From Clostridia bacterium (GTDB lineage Bacteria; Bacillota; Clostridia; UMGS1883): a DNA stretch of 64,000 nt. The stretch is taken from NCBI GenBank assembly GCA_051866635.1, contig JBJDXJ010000058.1, positions 25,873 through 89,872 of the forward strand. Direction: 5' to 3'. Shown here one piece after another: positions 59,726 through 64,000 of the stretch; positions within the stretch are counted from its first letter, which is position 1, and each line of letters opens with the position of its first letter. A program made the translations under genes and the position numbers. The notes below the pieces were generated by a model that saw nothing but the letters and a program-made list of their open reading frames with translations, searched no databases and was not told where the DNA came from.

Positions 59726-60172
59726 ATGTATACGGTGGGACAGGTTTCTGAAATGTTTAATTTGCCGATCTCAACCTTGCGTTATTATGATAAGGAAGGC
59801 TTATTTCCCGACATGAAACGAGTATCAGGCATACGACAATTCAGTGAACAAGAAATAGAAGCACTGAAAGTAATTGAATGTTTGAAAAAATCAGGTATGG
59901 ATATTAAAAGTATTAAGCAATTTATGGAGTGGTGTATACAAGGAAGTTCAACTTATCCCCTCAGAAAAGAATTATTTGAAAGGCAAAAGGTGCAAGTGGA
60001 AAATGAAATAAACCGAATGAATAAGGTTCTTGATATGCTCAAATTCAAATGCTGGTATTACGAAGAGGCAATGAAATACGGAAATGAAGAAAAACTTCGC
60101 TCTTTACCAACTGATGATATGCCTCCCGAAATCAGAACCGCTTACCTTAATGCTCACAGTGGGAAAATATAA
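59726..60172 (+). CDS. MerR-family regulator (AdhR-like)
   Basis: 'YTVGQVS....STLRYYDKEGL' and 'IECLKKSGM'. Confidence 0.92.
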   Translation: MYTVGQVSEMFNLPISTLRYYDKEGLFPDMKRVSGIRQFSEQEIEALKVIECLKKSGMDIKSIKQFMEWCIQGSSTYPLRKELFERQKVQVENEINRMNKVLDMLKFKCWYYEEAMKYGNEEKLRSLPTDDMPPEIRTAYLNAHSGKI

Positions 60173-60205
60173 AATTCTCGTACACCTATAATAGCAAAAT
60201 AAACC

Positions 60206-60270
60206 TTTTATTACATAACAATCAGCGGCACTCAAAAAGGGCAGTGGAGTTAATTCCATTGCCCTTTTAA
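60206..60270. repeat. Repeat B copy 2 within an intact hairpin/terminator
   Basis: AAAAGGGCAGTGGAGT-TA-ATTCCATTGCCCTTTT. Confidence 0.8.
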
Positions 60271-60458
60271 ACATTATGCATTTTTTACACAAAATCTTGT
60301 ACAAAATGGTATTATTTATCAATCGGCTTCATTGTCGGGATTTCAAGCGGATTAGTTATATATATCTCCATAACTCTACGAAACCGCCTTTCTTTCGTAT
60401 TTTTTAACACCTTCATATTCTATAAATCTCCATAAGTCTTTATAGAATATGTATAAAA

Positions 60459-60490
60459 TGGTGTAGTAAATGGTGTAGTTGGTGTAGTAC
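60459..60490. promoter_or_regulatory. Integrase arm-type binding repeats (TGGTGTAGT x3)
   Basis: Three direct repeats immediately downstream of int, where arm sites lie in Tn916-like elements. Confidence 0.7.
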
Positions 60491-60496
60491 TCAAAC

Positions 60497-61741
60497 CTAT
60501 ATCGCAAAGCTACTATTCAGAGATCCGAACTCCTGTTGCTTTAAATCTTTTGTTACATCTGTGTATATGTTCATTGTTGTAGAAAAATCACTATGACCAA
60601 GAACATCTTGAATAACTTTCACATTTACACCCTTTTCGCACAGCCTTGTTGTAAAGGTATGACGAAGTGAATGACAACTAAATGGAGGTAACAAAACAGG
60701 CTCATCACTATGTTCTTTCATCAAAACATTATCATTACAATCTCGAATGATTCTGCGTATTGCCTTATTCAGAGTGCCTTGATGCTGAACATTACCAAAT
60801 CGGTTTATAAAAACAAAATCTGTGTATCCATCAATTTCAACTTGACACGAAAGACCTATTTCTTGTTGATACTCTCTTTCTTGCTCAAAAGCAGCTCTTA
60901 CAGTTTCAAGCATCGGTATTGTTCGCTCTCCGGCTTTAGTCTTTGGCGTGTTTATTGCAAACGAGCAACCGTTATTATCACCTTTGTTGTAATAAACGAG
61001 AGTGTGATTTACACTTATCAGATTTTCTTTGAAATCAATATCACACCAGCGCAATCCAACAATCTCACCGACACGCATACCTGTTCCAAGCATTACTGCA
61101 AAAACAGGATACCAATGATTATACTGTGTACTTGTTTTTAGAAATTCCAAAAACAATTCCTGTTGAGGTACTGTCAAAGCTTTTCGTTTTTCTACTGCAA
61201 AATTATGTGATTGTTTTAATTCCTTTAGCATATTGTCAGTAGGATTAACTCTGATGAAATTGTCATCAACTGCAAGATCAAATACTTGATGCAACACATT
61301 ATGCACATTATCTATTGTAGCGATTTTCAATATTCTTTCATCTGCCATAGTATTGTAGAACTTTTTGACATCTGATTTTTTTACCATAGTCAATTTAAGT
61401 CTGCCAAAACTCGGTCTTACAAACATATTGTACATATACTTGTAATTTTGAAATGTATTGTGCTTGATACCTCGCTTCAATTCACACCACATATCAAAAA
61501 TATCATTAACTGTTATATTCGGTTTATCTGTTCGTATTCCTTCAAATTCATCAACAGTTATTTGTTTTTCTTTCTCTCGAAGTTCATCAAGAGTGCCTGC
61601 ATAGATGTAATGACGCTTTCCATCTCGACTTGACCAACGATAACAATAAATTCCGTCTGCTCGCTGAGATTCACCTTTTCTTAAAACAATTCTGTTTTTA
61701 TCTACCCTTCTACCATTATTTTTTTTATTTGCATTTGGCAT
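60497..61741 (-). CDS. int: Tn916-like tyrosine integrase
   Basis: N-terminal 'LRKGESQRADG.Y.YRW' DNA-binding domain; catalytic R (GMRVGE), K, HSLRH, LGH and Y. Confidence 0.95.
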   Translation of the reverse strand: MPNANKKNNGRRVDKNRIVLRKGESQRADGIYCYRWSSRDGKRHYIYAGTLDELREKEKQITVDEFEGIRTDKPNITVNDIFDMWCELKRGIKHNTFQNYKYMYNMFVRPSFGRLKLTMVKKSDVKKFYNTMADERILKIATIDNVHNVLHQVFDLAVDDNFIRVNPTDNMLKELKQSHNFAVEKRKALTVPQQELFLEFLKTSTQYNHWYPVFAVMLGTGMRVGEIVGLRWCDIDFKENLISVNHTLVYYNKGDNNGCSFAINTPKTKAGERTIPMLETVRAAFEQEREYQQEIGLSCQVEIDGYTDFVFINRFGNVQHQGTLNKAIRRIIRDCNDNVLMKEHSDEPVLLPPFSCHSLRHTFTTRLCEKGVNVKVIQDVLGHSDFSTTMNIYTDVTKDLKQQEFGSLNSSFAI

Positions 61742-61867
61742 ATTATCAGCTTCCTTTCAATTTTTACTGAAAAGAAACCAATGCTTGTTTTCGCAAATAC
61801 ATTATATCATAATAGCAAGACATTTGCAATTCTTTTCAATGATATTTTACAGATGTTTATATTTTTT

Positions 61868-62062
61868 TTAAATAGAATAAGAATTTTCTATATATTCATC
61901 AAGTTTTCGTCTTTTTATAAGTCTTTTTGTCCCAATCCATAACACAAATTCACAGTCCTCTTTATCTGAAAGTAATCTGAGTTTATTTATTCCTATGCCT
62001 GAGTACGCAGCGGCTTCTTCTAAAGTCAAATTACTCTTTTCCCAAATTGGTACTTCTTTCAT
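61868..62062 (-). CDS. xis: Excisionase
   Basis: 'VPIWEKSNLTLEEAAAYSGIGINKLR..KRLIKR'. Confidence 0.92.
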   Translation of the reverse strand: MKEVPIWEKSNLTLEEAAAYSGIGINKLRLLSDKEDCEFVLWIGTKRLIKRRKLDEYIENSYSI

Positions 62063-62137
62063 AAAACTTACCTCCTTTGAAAACAAAAAAGGACTGCAAA
62101 ATACGCAATCCTAAATGTATATCAATATTCATTTTTA

Positions 62138-62258
62138 TTAGAATTTAATTTTATCCATTATTTGTATAATCTTATCGCACACCGTTTCAAAGATTATATC
62201 GGCGGCATAGCTGTAATCCTGCCTGTATTTGTTCCAAAACTTCTGCATCGTTATTCAT
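62138..62258 (-). pseudogene. Deleted AbiE (type IV TA) remnant
   Basis: RBS+ATG start joined out of frame to MQKFWNKYRQDYSYAADIIFETVCDKIIQIMDKIKF*, which resembles AbiEii C-termini. Confidence 0.45.
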
Positions 62259-62419
62259 ATAAACACCTCCGAAATTTTATTACTGCTTAATAGCATAAGC
62301 AAAAGGACCGATATACTGATAACAAAGAAAGGGGGTAAAATCTATTGATCAAACAAGTCATAGGGGTATCATAGTACACCAATCCCTTTGATTATGCTAT
62401 TAAAGTTAAAAAGCGAAAC

Positions 62420-62745
62420 GAACAGCAGCTTGCATTACTGCTTCATAGGAATTTCACCTCTCCGTCATCCGACCGAGCTGCCCCCATTGCCTGCGACGCT
62501 TTTAACGCTCGGACTGTGGCTGGGCAGAAGTATCATTGTCCCGATATGTATTCATCGCCCGCAAAGCTGCCGCTTGCTCCGTGACGCTGATATTTGTCGC
62601 TCTTATAGTTTTTCATCATTGAAAGAAGGATGAAGTAGAAGCAAAACTATCGTCTTGGCGTATCCGTCACTTGGCTCGTCCATACCGGAATGTATCCGTT
62701 TGCCTGTTATGCTGCATCGCCGTTATCTTGCGTGCTTTCTTTGTA
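62420..62745 (-). ncRNA. Conserved GC-rich non-coding segment of Tn916-like elements (candidate structured RNA)
   Basis: Motifs AATGATACT, AGTCCGAGCG..GTCGCAGGCAATG and GGTGAAATTCC, recalled from the region upstream of xis in Tn916; no credible ORF. Confidence 0.5.
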
Positions 62746-62755
62746 GGTGAAAGGA

Positions 62756-63100
62756 TTATGTACCTATATCAGGCATGGAATATTTATTGATGATATTTGA
62801 TATAATGTGCCGTTCTGATTCATCAAGATAATTCATAATCTTTCTTAATAGCTTTTCCTCTGAATCTGAAAGATACAAAAACAGTTCCCGGCGGTAGCCA
62901 TCAATCAAATATACACCTCCATGCATACCGTGTTTGGTGTATATAGGCGCATATCGGCTAAGAAAGACAATATCGTTATAAATGGTTCTCGTTGTCACAG
63001 AAAAAGTATCCGCCAATTCGACAAAGCTACTTTTTCTATGCTTTGTAAGCCAAAACAAAATCTCAATTCTTCGCTCAAACGAAGATAGCTTGTCTTTCAT
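62756..63100 (-). CDS. Winged-HTH (HTH_11/DeoR-like) protein
   Basis: 'ELADTFSVTTRTIYNDI..L.....IYT..G..GG'. Confidence 0.85.
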   Translation of the reverse strand: MKDKLSSFERRIEILFWLTKHRKSSFVELADTFSVTTRTIYNDIVFLSRYAPIYTKHGMHGGVYLIDGYRRELFLYLSDSEEKLLRKIMNYLDESERHIISNIINKYSMPDIGT

Positions 63101-63338
63101 ATCCGATTGCCTCCTTTCAATATCCATTCTAAAGGTAAAACAGGAAAGAAACCTTCATGTTTTCAAAAAAATTTTTATTTTTTTGATTTTGATGTTATTT
63201 CTATGACACAAAACAAAAAGACCGCAGAACTCCTATAAGTTCTACGGTCAAATATCTTATTTATTTTAGATACTGTCGGCGGCGGATATTTATCAATATA
63301 AGTCATAAAATCACCTGCTGGCAAATAGTTTTTAATGT

Positions 63339-63683
63339 CTATAACATCAATTTGTTTTTCCTTTCATCAAATTCCTTGCTTTTTTGTAAGTGCCATAACA
63401 ATCTCGCCTTTTCTTCTTCAGAAAGCATTTCTATGTAGCGGTTAATCTCCAATGTATATAAGTCGTTATTATTTCCAAGAAAATTTCTGAGCAATGTATC
63501 GATTGTCACATTTAATGCGTTTGCAATTTTTATTAATGTTTCAACCTTTATATTGATTTTACCAAGCTCTATTTTGGAAATGTGTTTCGCTGACAACTCA
63601 GAAAGCTCTGCTAATTTTTCCTGCGTCAGCCCTTTTGTTTCTCGGCAAATACGGATATTTTCGCCTAATATTGCATAGTCCAA
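63339..63683 (-). CDS. XRE-family HTH regulator
   Basis: 'LTQEKLAELSELSAKHISKIELG'. Confidence 0.9.
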   Translation of the reverse strand: MDYAILGENIRICRETKGLTQEKLAELSELSAKHISKIELGKINIKVETLIKIANALNVTIDTLLRNFLGNNNDLYTLEINRYIEMLSEEEKARLLWHLQKSKEFDERKNKLML

Positions 63684-64000
63684 TTATATATCACTTCCAC
63701 TTCTATTATAAATCTTTTTACAATCAAAAGGAACTGCACGCAGAATGAATTTTGTAATCATATAGAACTACCATATAAAACAAAAAACCGTTTAAACTAA
63801 GGTAAATGCCTCAATTCAAACGGTTTAATGTAAATATACTTAAACTATATTATTTTTATTTTAATTGCAATCACTCCGCCTATTACAGCAATGCCATTTT
63901 CATAACATATTTATTTAAATACTCCATGAATGTGCGGAGCTTTTGATTGCAGCTTTATAGGCTATTATTGAGAATGGTTACAATTTCTTCGTGTGTCAGT

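Larger units (their letters stand above)
60270..64000 (-). mobile_element. int/xis end of a Tn916-like integrative (conjugative or mobilizable) element, continuing beyond the window
   Basis: int, xis, arm repeats, regulators and low GC. Exact att core not resolved. Confidence 0.8.

Noticed and set aside
60459-60490. TGGTGTAGT triple repeat as a mini-CRISPR or iteron
   Set aside because: Too short, and its position next to int fits arm-type binding sites.
62388-62633. 81-aa plus-strand ORF in the ICE
   Set aside because: No RBS or recognisable motif; antisense to the conserved non-coding segment.
1-64000. tRNA/rRNA genes, prophage structural genes, reverse transcriptase/DGR
   Set aside because: No cloverleaf or T-loop signatures, rRNA motifs, phage genes or RT motifs were recognised by eye; tRNAscan and HMM searches would be needed to exclude them fully.

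Overview
Low-GC Clostridia-type (Bacillota, probably an uncultured Oscillospirales/Monoglobales-like) chromosomal window. Core genes include transporters, rubrerythrin, csoR-copA, M16 peptidase-pnp-rpsO, the pectin-catabolic tal-kduD-kduI-LUD-kdgK block, coaX, gap and a cyclophilin. Three giant secreted modular proteins lie at 9.5-13.4, 36.7-41.2 and 41.4-47.9 kb. There is an accessory islet at about 17.4-23.1 kb, an accessory region at about 50.9-60.3 kb, and the int/xis end of a Tn916-like element from about 60.3 kb to the window end. The main observation is a PBECR4-like RNase gene preceded by a consensus promoter, a ~175-nt structured RNA and an internal terminator, which is the layout of an RNA-antitoxin (type III TA-like) or phage-defence module. 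Other observations are a ~250-aa C-terminal domain shared by two unrelated giant exoproteins, a 47-bp operator duplicated upstream of two giant metalloproteases, two cargo modules bounded by the same ends with a hybrid-hairpin junction, five copies of an IS1182-like MITE with a REP-like core, an unannotated type I toxin-like peptide, and a structured non-coding RNA candidate in the ICE. All family assignments come from motif recognition by eye; no database searches were run.
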